From an uncultured archaeon (GTDB lineage: Archaea; Asgardarchaeota; Lokiarchaeia; Sigyniarchaeales; SOKP01), in contig CAZWEM010000010.1 of the NCBI GenBank assembly GCA_964632315.1, positions 32,001-96,000 of the forward strand: a stretch of DNA of 64,000 nt, written 5' to 3'. Under the pieces are notes generated by a model. That model did no database searches and was not told the DNA's origin. It saw only the letters and a list, made by a program, of their open reading frames with translations. A program made the translations under genes and the position numbers. Of this stretch, positions 28,803 through 38,058 are shown piece by piece. How positions within the stretch are numbered: position 1 is the first letter of the stretch; every line of letters begins with the position of its first letter.

Positions 28803-30173
28803 TTAAAATTTAAAATTTTTTCCAAGTTTATTAAAAAATGAGGGATCAATATTTCCTAATCCGGGCATCCCCCCCTTACCTTTTTTTTGCATTTGGAGAA
28901 ATCGTTTCATAAACTTTTTCATTTGATTGTATTGATCCAACATCCTATTAATAGTTGCGTAATCTGTTCCACTACCTATAGCAATCCTTCTTTTTCTTGA
29001 TTTCTTTATTAATTTCGGTTCTTCTTTCTCTTCTTGAGTCATTGAATTCAATACAACTTCCCATCTTTCTAAGTTTTTTTCTGCATCTTCTTTTAAAGCA
29101 TCTGGGATATTTCCCCCCCCAATCATCGAGAAAATCTGTTTTGCTCTTCCAACTTTCTTCAAGCTTTTTAGTTGAAAGTAGAGATCATCTAAAGTGAATT
29201 TTCCACGCATCATTCTCTTTACCATTTCTGGATCGGCTTCAACTTCCGCATCTTGGACTTTCTTTACTAATCCTTCAATATCAGGTATTCCTAATAAGTT
29301 TCCTACGAATTTTGACGGTTCAAATTCTTCTAATTCATCAATTTTTTCTCCTACACCAATGAATCTTATTGATTGACCCGTTGCTGCACAAGCTGAAAGC
29401 GCTCCTCCTCCCTTAGCTGTTCCATCTAATTTTGTAACAATAATACTACCTATATTTGTTGATTTTGAGAATTCTTCCGCTTGAGTATATGCTTGCTGAC
29501 CTAAACTTCCGTCTATTACTAAAATAACTTCATTTGGTTTTAGAGCATTTTCTATTTGGCTCATTTCCTTCATTAATTCTTTCTCTTCTTTGTGTCTTCC
29601 TGCAGTATCTACAAGAATAATATCATTACCTTCATTTATTGCTTTTTTCGCTTCTTTTACAGCAATTTTAACAGCATTCTTCTCGGAAGGATTCCCATAA
29701 CATTTAATACCAACTTGGCTAGATAATTGTTGCAGTTGTTCATATGCTCCAGGACGCCAAGTATCTGTTGTAACTGCCGCTACATTATAACCCTTACTTT
29801 TATAATAACGAGCCAATTTTCCAACTGTGGTCGTTTTCCCTGAACCTTGTATACCCACTAGTAGTATAATGTTATGCTTACCCGATTTTATTCTTATAGG
29901 TGATGGTTTTCCTCCAAGAGTTTTAATTAATTGATCATGAACCAACTTGATAATGAAGTCCTTTCTTTTTGCTCTTTGTAATTTGGTATTAGTTGCTTCT
30001 TTTTTTATTTTTTCAGTCATTTGAAATACTAATTCAACTTTTACATCTGCTTGAAGTAGACTGCGTTGTAAATCTTGAATTAAAGCATTAATTGCCTCTT
30101 TATCTACTTGTGGGAGCCTTCTCAATTTTCTTAAGGCATTATCAAGTGATCTTCCAAGTTGTTCTAAAACCAT
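28803..30173 (-). CDS. srp54: Signal recognition particle protein Srp54
   Basis: LLQADV, GIQGSGKTTT, DTAGRH, TKLDGTAKGGG, M-domain SMT..E and RIAIGSG. Confidence 0.98.
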   Translation of the reverse strand: MVLEQLGRSLDNALRKLRRLPQVDKEAINALIQDLQRSLLQADVKVELVFQMTEKIKKEATNTKLQRAKRKDFIIKLVHDQLIKTLGGKPSPIRIKSGKHNIILLVGIQGSGKTTTVGKLARYYKSKGYNVAAVTTDTWRPGAYEQLQQLSSQVGIKCYGNPSEKNAVKIAVKEAKKAINEGNDIILVDTAGRHKEEKELMKEMSQIENALKPNEVILVIDGSLGQQAYTQAEEFSKSTNIGSIIVTKLDGTAKGGGALSACAATGQSIRFIGVGEKIDELEEFEPSKFVGNLLGIPDIEGLVKKVQDAEVEADPEMVKRMMRGKFTLDDLYFQLKSLKKVGRAKQIFSMIGGGNIPDALKEDAEKNLERWEVVLNSMTQEEKEEPKLIKKSRKRRIAIGSGTDYATINRMLDQYNQMKKFMKRFLQMQKKGKGGMPGLGNIDPSFFNKLGKNFKF

Positions 30174-30308
30174 ATTATAATCATTTTAGCGATTTGATTC
30201 TTATTATTTTTAAAAACTAATATTTTTTTTGAATGAAATAAAGATAATTATATACATAAATGAAATATCATAAAATAATCTTAATCAAACAAAAAAATTG
30301 GTTTAAAA

Positions 30309-30737
30309 ATGTCGATAAGGAAAACTGAGGTTCAGAAGCTAAAATCGGGTCAATATATGATGGTTGAAGAAGAACCGTGTATAATTAAATCAACCGAAAG
30401 AAGTAAATCTGGTAAGCATGGTCATGCAAAAGTAAGAGTTGTATGTGTTGGAGTATTTGATAATAATAAGAGATCCTTAACTATACCAAGTGGTCATATG
30501 GTTGACATCCCAGAAATCATAAAAGGAAATGCACAAATTAACTTTATTGAGGATAATTTAATTAATATAATGGACCTTGAGTCATACCATTCTTTGGATG
30601 TTAAATGGCCAACGGAACAAGAACTCGTTGAAAAATTGAAAGAGTTAAGAGCAAATCCCGCAAAGATGGCAAATTCTCAAGTCGAATATTGGCAACTTGC
30701 TGGAAAAACCTTAATAAATAGAGTAATTAGTGGATGA
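30309..30737 (+). CDS. eif5a: Translation factor aIF5A/eIF5A
   Basis: Hypusine loop SKSGKHGHAKVR. Confidence 0.96.
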   Translation: MSIRKTEVQKLKSGQYMMVEEEPCIIKSTERSKSGKHGHAKVRVVCVGVFDNNKRSLTIPSGHMVDIPEIIKGNAQINFIEDNLINIMDLESYHSLDVKWPTEQELVEKLKELRANPAKMANSQVEYWQLAGKTLINRVISG

Positions 30738-30828
30738 GTCTCCTTTTTTTCATTAGAGATCTAAATTAATTCTTATATAAAAGTAATTTATATTTTTATT
30801 TAATTAGCATACTTAAAAGCAGAGAACG

Positions 30829-31761
30829 ATGGAGAATAAAGGCATAGCTTTAGCATGTCGGATGGATTCTGAAAGAGCGATTAATCTAACTAAGTCATTA
30901 TTTGAGTTTTTAGTGAAAAAGGGAGAAAAAGTTCATTTAGAAACACGTATAGCACCAAAGATACTGCCATATAATGCTTTAGATTTGGGAGATATGAATG
31001 CAGAAAATACGAAATTCATCATTACAGCTGGTGGAGATGGAACTGTTCTAAGAGTAGCTAGTAATCTCTCTCAAAAAGATCCACCTCCAATTTTAGGAGT
31101 AAATATTGGTTCGATTGGTTTTTTAGATGAATCAAATGAACGGACTATTTTTAAAGACATAAATAGAATTTTAAACGGTAATTATGCAGTTGAAAAATGT
31201 GCAAAGTTAACACCATATATTATAAGAGATTCAGAAGAAGTAAAGCTTAATAATGCATTAAATGAGGTATTGATAATATCCTCAAAAAATTCAAAAGTAC
31301 TCCTTATTTCAGTAAAAATCGATGGAACCTATTTAAATAGAAGTTATTTAGACGGTGTGATAATTTCAACTTCAGTTGGTAGTACAGCATATAATTTGAG
31401 TGCTGGAGGATCAATCGTAAGTCCTTCTTTAGAAGTCATGCAAATAACACCATTAAATAGCTATGCTAGATCGGGATTGAAACCACTAATATTGCCCATC
31501 ACCAGTGAAATTGAGGTAAAGTTATTGAGATCTCGATTAAATGCCAGAATAATTATTGATGGCCAGCGCACGTATAAAAAAATTCAACCAAATACAGTTA
31601 TAAAGATTCGAAAGGCAAATGCTTATACATCTTTTATTAGACTTTCAAATAACCTAACAGATAGTTATATCAAGCGATTAAGAAAAAAAATTATTGGAAC
31701 AATTAGGGTTCCTCTTGATGACAGCCCAGAATCAGAAGAAGAATTCAATTCTAATTTTTGA
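30829..31761 (+). CDS. nadK: NAD kinase
   Basis: GGDGT, GVNIGSIGFL, LNE, DGVIIST..GSTAYNLSAGG. Confidence 0.96.
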   Translation: MENKGIALACRMDSERAINLTKSLFEFLVKKGEKVHLETRIAPKILPYNALDLGDMNAENTKFIITAGGDGTVLRVASNLSQKDPPPILGVNIGSIGFLDESNERTIFKDINRILNGNYAVEKCAKLTPYIIRDSEEVKLNNALNEVLIISSKNSKVLLISVKIDGTYLNRSYLDGVIISTSVGSTAYNLSAGGSIVSPSLEVMQITPLNSYARSGLKPLILPITSEIEVKLLRSRLNARIIIDGQRTYKKIQPNTVIKIRKANAYTSFIRLSNNLTDSYIKRLRKKIIGTIRVPLDDSPESEEEFNSNF

Positions 31762-32269
31762 TACGAATATTTTTTTGATCGGAATAGATTTTAATGTCAT
31801 TCCACAAAAAATATACACCGTTCCTAAGATTTTAGAGGAACTTATGGTTGAAAAATATGCTTCTCGAAATAGAAATGTAATAAATCGAGTCAATGTGGCT
31901 ATCGATAGTGGAAACTTAATTGTAGAAGAACCTACTGATAAATATTTACTACAAGTTGAGACAAACTCTTATAAAACCGGCGATATTCGAGCTTTATCTA
32001 AGGCTGACAAGCAGTTAATCGCGTTAGCTTTAGAGCTTAAGGATCTATTCGATAAAGAGGTGATTTTCTATACTAATGATTATTCAATTCAAAACTGCTG
32101 TAAGGAATTAAATGTTCATTATGAGGCTCTGGTTAAGAGAGGAATACGCCGAAAGATCAACTTTGAAGTTTACTGCCCTAATTGTAATGCCTTATACGAT
32201 GCGTATAAATTAAATGAATTATGTGAAAGATGTGGATCGAAATTAAGGCGAAGACCAATCTTAAAATAG
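31718..32269 (+). CDS. nob1: Nob1-like PIN endoribonuclease with Zn ribbon
   Basis: IFDTN, TGD...LSKAD, TNDYSIQN, CPNC/CERCG. Confidence 0.9.
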   Translation: MTAQNQKKNSILIFDTNIFLIGIDFNVIPQKIYTVPKILEELMVEKYASRNRNVINRVNVAIDSGNLIVEEPTDKYLLQVETNSYKTGDIRALSKADKQLIALALELKDLFDKEVIFYTNDYSIQNCCKELNVHYEALVKRGIRRKINFEVYCPNCNALYDAYKLNELCERCGSKLRRRPILK

Positions 32270-32301
32270 GTAAAGAAATTAAATTAAAAAATAGAAAAAT
32301 G

Positions 32302-32405
32302 CGGGCTATGAGGGAATTTCACCATCGTTGGAATCCAATGATGCTTTCGAACCCCCGACCTGCTGGTTAAGAGCCAGTCGCGCTACCTGCCTGCGCCAAT
32401 AGCCC
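32302..32405 (-). tRNA. tRNA-Lys(CTT) with 30-nt intron in the T-loop (59/60; 32316..32345)
   Basis: Acceptor GGGCTAT/ATAGCCC, anticodon loop CT-CTT-AA. T-loop TTCGAA^T restored by BHB-type excision (central helix UUCG/UGAA). Confidence 0.92.
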
Positions 32406-32436
32406 GTAGGGAGATTTTTTGTAACACTCATCAAAA

Positions 32437-32537
32437 CGCAGACGGAGGGACTCGAACCCCCGAGCGCTTACGCGCACCGGCTTGCTTGAAAACAAGAGCA
32501 CTCAAGGCCGGCGTCTTACCAGCTAGGCTACGTCTGC
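32437..32537 (-). tRNA. tRNA-Ser(TGA) with 18-nt canonical 37/38 intron (32483..32500)
   Basis: Acceptor GCAGACG/CGTCTGC, stem CCGGC/GCCGG, long variable arm, central helix CUUG/CAAG. Confidence 0.92.
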
Positions 32538-32792
32538 GTATTTAAAATGATGAAATACCAGCTAATTTACTAGGTAATTTTAGGTATTAAAATAGAGTAT
32601 ATTTAATTAAATAAATTTTTTTTGATTTTTGTAATTGTTTAATCATTATCAATTTCCTTTCACCAATATCTCTCAAAATTTACTCGGGTGTATCATGTTA
32701 TAATAGCTTTAAATTAATAGAACTTGATGTTTAATGAGGTTACGTAAGCTTTTTTCGAAAATTATAAATTTTGCGCTTCATTAAAATGATTT

Positions 32793-33275
32793 ATGAGTAG
32801 TGCTAAAGACTTCAGATATTTAATTCCTCAAAAGTTATTCGATGAAATAACCCTAAAGGCAGCGGAAGCATACCCATATATTGAACACTATTGGATTTTT
32901 GCAGATCGAAAGGAAAATTTTGGCATTGTCAATAAATTCATAACAAATCCCGATTTGAAAAAAACCAAGGCACACGTTAAACCCAGAAGTTGGATGAGAT
33001 ATAAAAAGTCTAAAATTTATAACATGCGTAAATTTAAACAAGAGTTAGGTGTTGATATCGTTTGGCAAGCTCACACGCATCCTTCGGGGCAGGAAAAGCT
33101 CCATCAAATTGATAAAAGAATTTTAAAGTATCTTTCAAATGGAGTTATGATTATTATAATTCCAGAACTTGCAGAAAAAGAACTTAAAGGGCATTTAGTG
33201 GGTTGGTATTATGATAAGAGATATACAAAAAAACCTATTATAGAAAGAATGGTCTTTGAAATAATTTCTGAATAA
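32793..33275 (+). CDS. JAB/MPN (JAMM-like) domain protein
   Basis: AEAYPYIE N-terminal Glu and WQAHTHP-x6-HQID variant of HxHx7SxxD. Confidence 0.75.
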   Translation: MSSAKDFRYLIPQKLFDEITLKAAEAYPYIEHYWIFADRKENFGIVNKFITNPDLKKTKAHVKPRSWMRYKKSKIYNMRKFKQELGVDIVWQAHTHPSGQEKLHQIDKRILKYLSNGVMIIIIPELAEKELKGHLVGWYYDKRYTKKPIIERMVFEIISE

Positions 33276-33434
33276 TTAATTGTCAAGTTCCATTTTCGGA
33301 TTATTTAAGGATTATTATAAAACCGTTTTTTCTTTTTTTAGTTTTTGGATTTTTTTGTAAGATTAATTTTAGTGCTTGTTTATAAGTTTATGTTAATTAT
33401 TGTCAATATACTTATATAATAATTATAATTATTA

Positions 33435-34658
33435 ATGAAAATTATGGTAGTGCCAGAGAACTCAACAGAACAGGAAATCAAAGGGGTGAAAAAACATAGA
33501 ACTTATTTTCAAGTCGATATATTGAAAATGGTAATGATTTTTCTGGTCATTTTTGATCATACAGTACCTTGGACTATCAAAGATAATTTGGGAGTATCAC
33601 TCTGGGAAAGAATTTCTATTCCTGTTTTTATGGTGATAATGGGTTTTAATTTTGGGAAATCGTTTCAAAGCAAAAAAACTAATCTTTTGAAATCCTATTA
33701 TACTCGAGAGTATTTCTGGAATAAGTTATTTAGGTTTATTATCCCATTTCTCATATTATATTTAGTTTCTACCATAATAGGTGGATTTTTTTATGGATTT
33801 AGTATAAATCAAATAGAAGCGGGTCAGTGGGTAACTCAAGGGGGTCTTCGTTTTAATGCCCTTAATTTACTTTTAGGAATCTTACCATTTTGGGGGCCAG
33901 GAAATTGGTTTATCCCCGTAATCTTTGGGGCTATCATCATCTTACCTGGCTTATATAAAGGATTTTCAGAATCACGTTCGAGAGCAATATATACTCTCAT
34001 CTTCTGCTTTATTATTGAAATTATTGTACAAACAATAATTTTTGCCACATTTAAAAATCCAAACCCTCCTCCTACGTTTGCTACTTGGAATACTTATTAT
34101 TATGCACTTTTTTTTATATATAGTATCTTTCTTTTGTTTTCAGCAATTGGATTTGGAATGTGGTTTTCACGAGATCATAACCTATTTAGTAAAAATAACA
34201 TTTTTGTATGGGTATTATTCCCTATCAGTTTAATTTATCTCATAGTGTATCAGTTCTATGATTATCGAATATTGGTAAATAACATCCCATTTCTCACAGG
34301 AGATTATAATTTTATGGTATTCCCATATTCAGCGTTTTTATTTTTAGTTGCAATGAAAGTTTTTCCAAAAGATTCTAAGACAAGGGTAGCCAAGATAATT
34401 AAAACGATAAGTAGATCTACGTATCATATTTTATTGGTGCAAATTTTATACTTTGCGATTGTTTTTGCATTATATGGAGACCATTATGGGGCTAGTATAT
34501 TTGGTATTAATCAAAGCAATGAGTTTATCGTATATCTATATCTTATAATTAATTGGAGTATTTGTATTCCAATTGGAGTATTTTGGTGGCATATAGAACA
34601 GCGCATTATTCAATCTTTTAGAAGTAAAATCGAAATTGAACCAGAACCACTTTTTTAG
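33435..34658 (+). CDS. Acyltransferase family 3 (OafA-like) membrane protein
   Basis: DILK...IFLVIFDH, IPVFMVIMG, WFIPV, SRSTYHILLVQ; about 10 TM. Confidence 0.85.
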   Translation: MKIMVVPENSTEQEIKGVKKHRTYFQVDILKMVMIFLVIFDHTVPWTIKDNLGVSLWERISIPVFMVIMGFNFGKSFQSKKTNLLKSYYTREYFWNKLFRFIIPFLILYLVSTIIGGFFYGFSINQIEAGQWVTQGGLRFNALNLLLGILPFWGPGNWFIPVIFGAIIILPGLYKGFSESRSRAIYTLIFCFIIEIIVQTIIFATFKNPNPPPTFATWNTYYYALFFIYSIFLLFSAIGFGMWFSRDHNLFSKNNIFVWVLFPISLIYLIVYQFYDYRILVNNIPFLTGDYNFMVFPYSAFLFLVAMKVFPKDSKTRVAKIIKTISRSTYHILLVQILYFAIVFALYGDHYGASIFGINQSNEFIVYLYLIINWSICIPIGVFWWHIEQRIIQSFRSKIEIEPEPLF

Positions 34659-34700
34659 GATATTTCTTTTTTTGGCATAAAGTATTAAAATTTTTAAAAA

Positions 34701-34710
34701 TTTTATATAT
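34701..34710 (+). promoter_or_regulatory. Probable TATA box for tRNA-Ser(GCT)/tRNA-Val pair
   Basis: TTTTATATAT 20-29 nt upstream of tRNA 5' end, preceded by A-rich BRE-like tract; AT-rich background lowers specificity. Confidence 0.45.
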
Positions 34711-34729
34711 AATACTCAAAATCAGATAA

Positions 34730-34812
34730 GCAATCGTCGCTTAGCCTGGTAGAGCGCCGGTCTGCTAAACCGGTGTCCAATGGACTCGTGGGTTCGAATC
34801 CCACCGATTGCG
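34730..34812 (+). tRNA. tRNA-Ser(GCT), intronless
   Basis: Acceptor GCAATCG/CGATTGC, CCGGT-CTGCTAA-ACCGG, long variable arm, TTCGAAT. Confidence 0.96.
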
Positions 34813-34833
34813 TTCATATAATGTCAGAAAAAT

Positions 34834-34938
34834 GGGCCAGTGGTCTAGTGGCTATATAGTATGGTTTTCCACATATCAAGTTAAGACGCCACGCTTACAC
34901 CGTGGATATCGGGAGTTCGATCCTCTCCTGGCCCACCA
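34834..34938 (+). tRNA. tRNA-Val(TAC) with 29-nt intron in the D-arm (approx. 22/23; 34856..34884), CCA encoded
   Basis: Acceptor GGGCCAG/CTGGCCC-ACCA, CCACG-CTTACAC-CGTGG. Removal gives GGTCTAGTGGCTATGACG D-arm; central helix GGCU/AGUU. Confidence 0.9.
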
Positions 34939-34940
34939 TA

Positions 34941-35708
34941 TTATTTATATAACCTCTTAATTCTTTCAGGTCTAATTGCACTTATTTTGCAATTTTTTAG
35001 ATACTTTCCAATATCAGAAATGATTCCTGGAGCTTCTGTGGTCTCTTTTAATATTACGATGTTCTCTAAAAAACCATATTTTTTTATTGAAACGATATCT
35101 CGAAGATGACCCGTTTTTTCTAAGGCTTTCTTGATCTGAGCCTTAGTTTCACCAATTATGAAAACAGCGTCTAAATTCTCATTAAGTAATTTATCAAACA
35201 AATTTAGTGTGGTGATATCTAAGACGCCTTTGAGATTTTGTTTTCCTTCATCGATCGAAGTAATTTTAACATGTACAGGAAAATCATTAATAAATTCATA
35301 TGCTTTTATTATCTCAGGAACTGATTTTTCTTTTCCCTTACAGAGTTGTTCTCTTAGACTAATTAGAGTAATCAATACATCAACATTAGGGTTAAGAACG
35401 GCACAGTCGACAAATATTCCAAACCCAACTTTTCCTACATCCACAAAATTACCTTTTAATCGCATATTCATCTCAATATCATTGAAATTATGGATAATCC
35501 CTATTTCTTTCTCGAGTAAGTTTTTGATAAACACTTTTTCTGGTCCTTTAATACTTACCTCAATCCTATTATCATAATTTCTCAGCTTATTGAATTGAAT
35601 TTGTGTATTTTTAAATCCAATTACCATTTCTCGAACATATTTTTTATAGCGAGAAATTATTGATTCTCTCTTTGGCAATTTGTCGATCAAAACCAATTTA
35701 ATTACCAT
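34941..35708 (-). CDS. DUF2110 family archaeal protein
   Basis: VDVGKVGFGIFVD, GHLRDIV, GFLE, TEAPGIISDIG. Confidence 0.8.
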   Translation of the reverse strand: MVIKLVLIDKLPKRESIISRYKKYVREMVIGFKNTQIQFNKLRNYDNRIEVSIKGPEKVFIKNLLEKEIGIIHNFNDIEMNMRLKGNFVDVGKVGFGIFVDCAVLNPNVDVLITLISLREQLCKGKEKSVPEIIKAYEFINDFPVHVKITSIDEGKQNLKGVLDITTLNLFDKLLNENLDAVFIIGETKAQIKKALEKTGHLRDIVSIKKYGFLENIVILKETTEAPGIISDIGKYLKNCKISAIRPERIKRLYK

Positions 35709-35853
35709 TAAAATCACTTAGAATTATTAGTAATACCAATTAATGTATAATATGTAAAATAATTTGACTTGTCCAGAGGGTATGTAAAAAATAAAATTTA
35801 AATTTAGCTTATTTCATTGATTAATAAAAATAATTGATATTAAAATTATAATT

Positions 35854-36225
35854 ATGGAAAAAAGTAGATTTCAAAATCTAGTTCAGATGTTACAAGAACA
35901 AGAAGGAGTTGAAGAGATATTCTTATTGGATTCCACTGGTAATGTAGTTTTTAAATCTAAGGATTTTTTACTCACAAATGAAGAGGCAAGTTCAATTTTA
36001 AAAGCTTGGAAAAACAAAGATTCAGCACTCTTTTTTCAGAACACTCGATATGCTATATTGAAGAGTGATGAAATCCAATTAGCAGCTAAAAATATTGCTA
36101 AAGGAAAAGGAAATATTGTCGGTTCTATAACTAAAGAGGGAGATTACTTACTTGCACATACTCGCGATGAAGGATTAATTATCTTGGAGTGGTCTATTCT
36201 AATAAATAAGGTTGCATGGAGTTAA
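35854..36225 (+). CDS. Profilin-like protein (Asgard type)
   Basis: 123 aa; IFLLDSTGNVVFKS...ILKAW...RYAILKSDEIQLAAKN..GKGNIVG matches recalled Lokiarchaeal profilin pattern. Confidence 0.7.
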   Translation: MEKSRFQNLVQMLQEQEGVEEIFLLDSTGNVVFKSKDFLLTNEEASSILKAWKNKDSALFFQNTRYAILKSDEIQLAAKNIAKGKGNIVGSITKEGDYLLAHTRDEGLIILEWSILINKVAWS

Positions 36226-36385
36226 ATTTCAGTTCTTTTAATGATCTAAATTAGATTGATACTTTCTAAACTGCTTTTTTTAAAAAATTAAAAAAAAATA
36301 TAAATTAAATCAATTATTACTTCTTTTCAACAAGAAAAAATAATGTAAAAGAATAGATTTAGTCAAAAAATCAGGAGAATTTAAA

Positions 36386-37114
36386 ATGTTTCAGCAAGCT
36401 GGTCGCGGGTATGACATGGCAATTACGCAATTCTCCCCAGAAGGGAGATTATTTCAAGTTGAATATGCGATAGAGGCCGTGAGAAGAGGAACAACCGCTA
36501 TTGTATGTAGAAATGAAAGTTCTGTTGTGTTTGCGGTTGAAAAGAAAAATTCTGAATTACAAGAAGTAATTGGTTCAGAGAAAATTTTTAAAATTGACGA
36601 CCATATTGGAGTAGCCATTGCTGGATTAACTGCTGATGCGCGAGTGTTGGTAGATCGTGCGCGCGTTCAAGCTCAAGTAAATTTATTAAATTATGATGAA
36701 AAAATTTCAGTTAAGGATTCCACCTTGAATATATGTGAATATCTTCAGTTATTCACTCAAAATGCTGGTGTAAGGCCTTTTGGAGTAAGTCTTCTCATAG
36801 CGGGAATAGATTCCGATGGAAAAGCTTCATTATATTTAACTGATCCAAGTGGAGCAATGTGGGGTTACAAAGCATTTGCAATTGGCTCAGGAGCGACTGA
36901 AGCGAGAGATTTCTTGGAAACAAATTATAAGGAAGATATTACTGATGAAGATTTGAAATTATTACCATTAAGAACTTTAAAGGAATTAATGGGCGAAAAC
37001 TTAAATGAACACACGTGCGATGTTGCTTATATCCTAAAAGACGAAAGGACATTTAGGTTATTAGATCTAAATGATAAGAAAAAATTATTAGATAAAATAC
37101 AGCAAGTACAATAA
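36386..37114 (+). CDS. psmA: 20S proteasome alpha subunit
   Basis: GYDMAITQFSPEGRLFQVEYA, RPFGVSLLIAG. Confidence 0.98.
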   Translation: MFQQAGRGYDMAITQFSPEGRLFQVEYAIEAVRRGTTAIVCRNESSVVFAVEKKNSELQEVIGSEKIFKIDDHIGVAIAGLTADARVLVDRARVQAQVNLLNYDEKISVKDSTLNICEYLQLFTQNAGVRPFGVSLLIAGIDSDGKASLYLTDPSGAMWGYKAFAIGSGATEARDFLETNYKEDITDEDLKLLPLRTLKELMGENLNEHTCDVAYILKDERTFRLLDLNDKKKLLDKIQQVQ

Positions 37115-37193
37115 TCTCCTTATTTTATGTTAGTGTGATACTTTTTAAGTTAGACTAAAGATCTTGAATCATAATAAAATATGTGTATTACTA

Positions 37194-37985
37194 ATGATTG
37201 ATAGAGCACGAATTGATTTAGGGGGATTCATAATTGGACGCATTGAAAAAGAGGGTAGAAGTTTTGAAATGCTAATGGATCCCGATAAAGCGTGGGAAGC
37301 TAAGAAGATCATTCGTGAAGAAATCGGAAGACGTCTGAAAGATGGAAATCAGAAGTCCCGGTTAACTATTCAAGATATATTGAATGATTCAAGAATATCA
37401 ATGGAACTCATTTTCGAGAGTTTTACTGTTTTTGAGGACTTACGTAGAGGAAAAAAAGCAACTGACGGTGATATGGAAGCTATTTTTGAATCTACTGATG
37501 GCAAAACCATTGGAGCATATATATTATTAGATGGAGAAATTCATTGGACGAGAGCCCAACGAGAAGAAGAGAGAGAAAAGAAGCTGAAACAAATAATAAC
37601 GATAATTAGTAAAAATGCAATAAATCCTCAAAATAAAAAGCCACATCCTTACCAAAGGATCGAGAAAGCGATAGAGGAATCAAAAGTAAAAATAGATTTA
37701 ATGAAAAATGCGGAAGAACAAGTTGAAGATGTAGTAAAAAGTTTAAGAGCGATCATTCCAATACGTATTGAGCAAGTTGAAATGGCAATAAAGATTCCTA
37801 CAGCTTTTACCGCAAAGGGATATAATGTAGTTGCTCAGTTAGCTCAAATTAAGAAAGAAGAGTGGCAAAGTGATGGTTCATGGGTCGCTGTTATCAATTT
37901 GCCCGCGGGTTTGCAAATGGAATTGATTGACAAACTAAATAAATTAACCCATGGAAGAGTCCAAACAAAAATCTTAAAATCATAA
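37194..37985 (+). CDS. sbds: Ribosome maturation protein SBDS/Sdo1
   Basis: FEMLMDP, INPQNKKPHP..RIEKA, EEWQSDGSW, KLTHG; position in exosome superoperon. Confidence 0.93.
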   Translation: MIDRARIDLGGFIIGRIEKEGRSFEMLMDPDKAWEAKKIIREEIGRRLKDGNQKSRLTIQDILNDSRISMELIFESFTVFEDLRRGKKATDGDMEAIFESTDGKTIGAYILLDGEIHWTRAQREEEREKKLKQIITIISKNAINPQNKKPHPYQRIEKAIEESKVKIDLMKNAEEQVEDVVKSLRAIIPIRIEQVEMAIKIPTAFTAKGYNVVAQLAQIKKEEWQSDGSWVAVINLPAGLQMELIDKLNKLTHGRVQTKILKS

Positions 37986-38058
37986 TTGTTGACAAGAATC
38001 TTATTTTACATTATTTTTAGAAGATTAGACAATAATCAACATAAGAGAGAGCATTCAT

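Noticed and set aside
32437-32537. Selenocysteine or suppressor tRNA (TGA and TCA triplets in the anticodon region)
   Set aside because: After intron removal the anticodon is TGA (Ser, reads UCA) with a normal 7-bp acceptor stem; the TCA lies in the intron.
32538-34729. tRNA-integrated mobile element
   Set aside because: No integrase and no duplicated tRNA 3' end (att site) seen.
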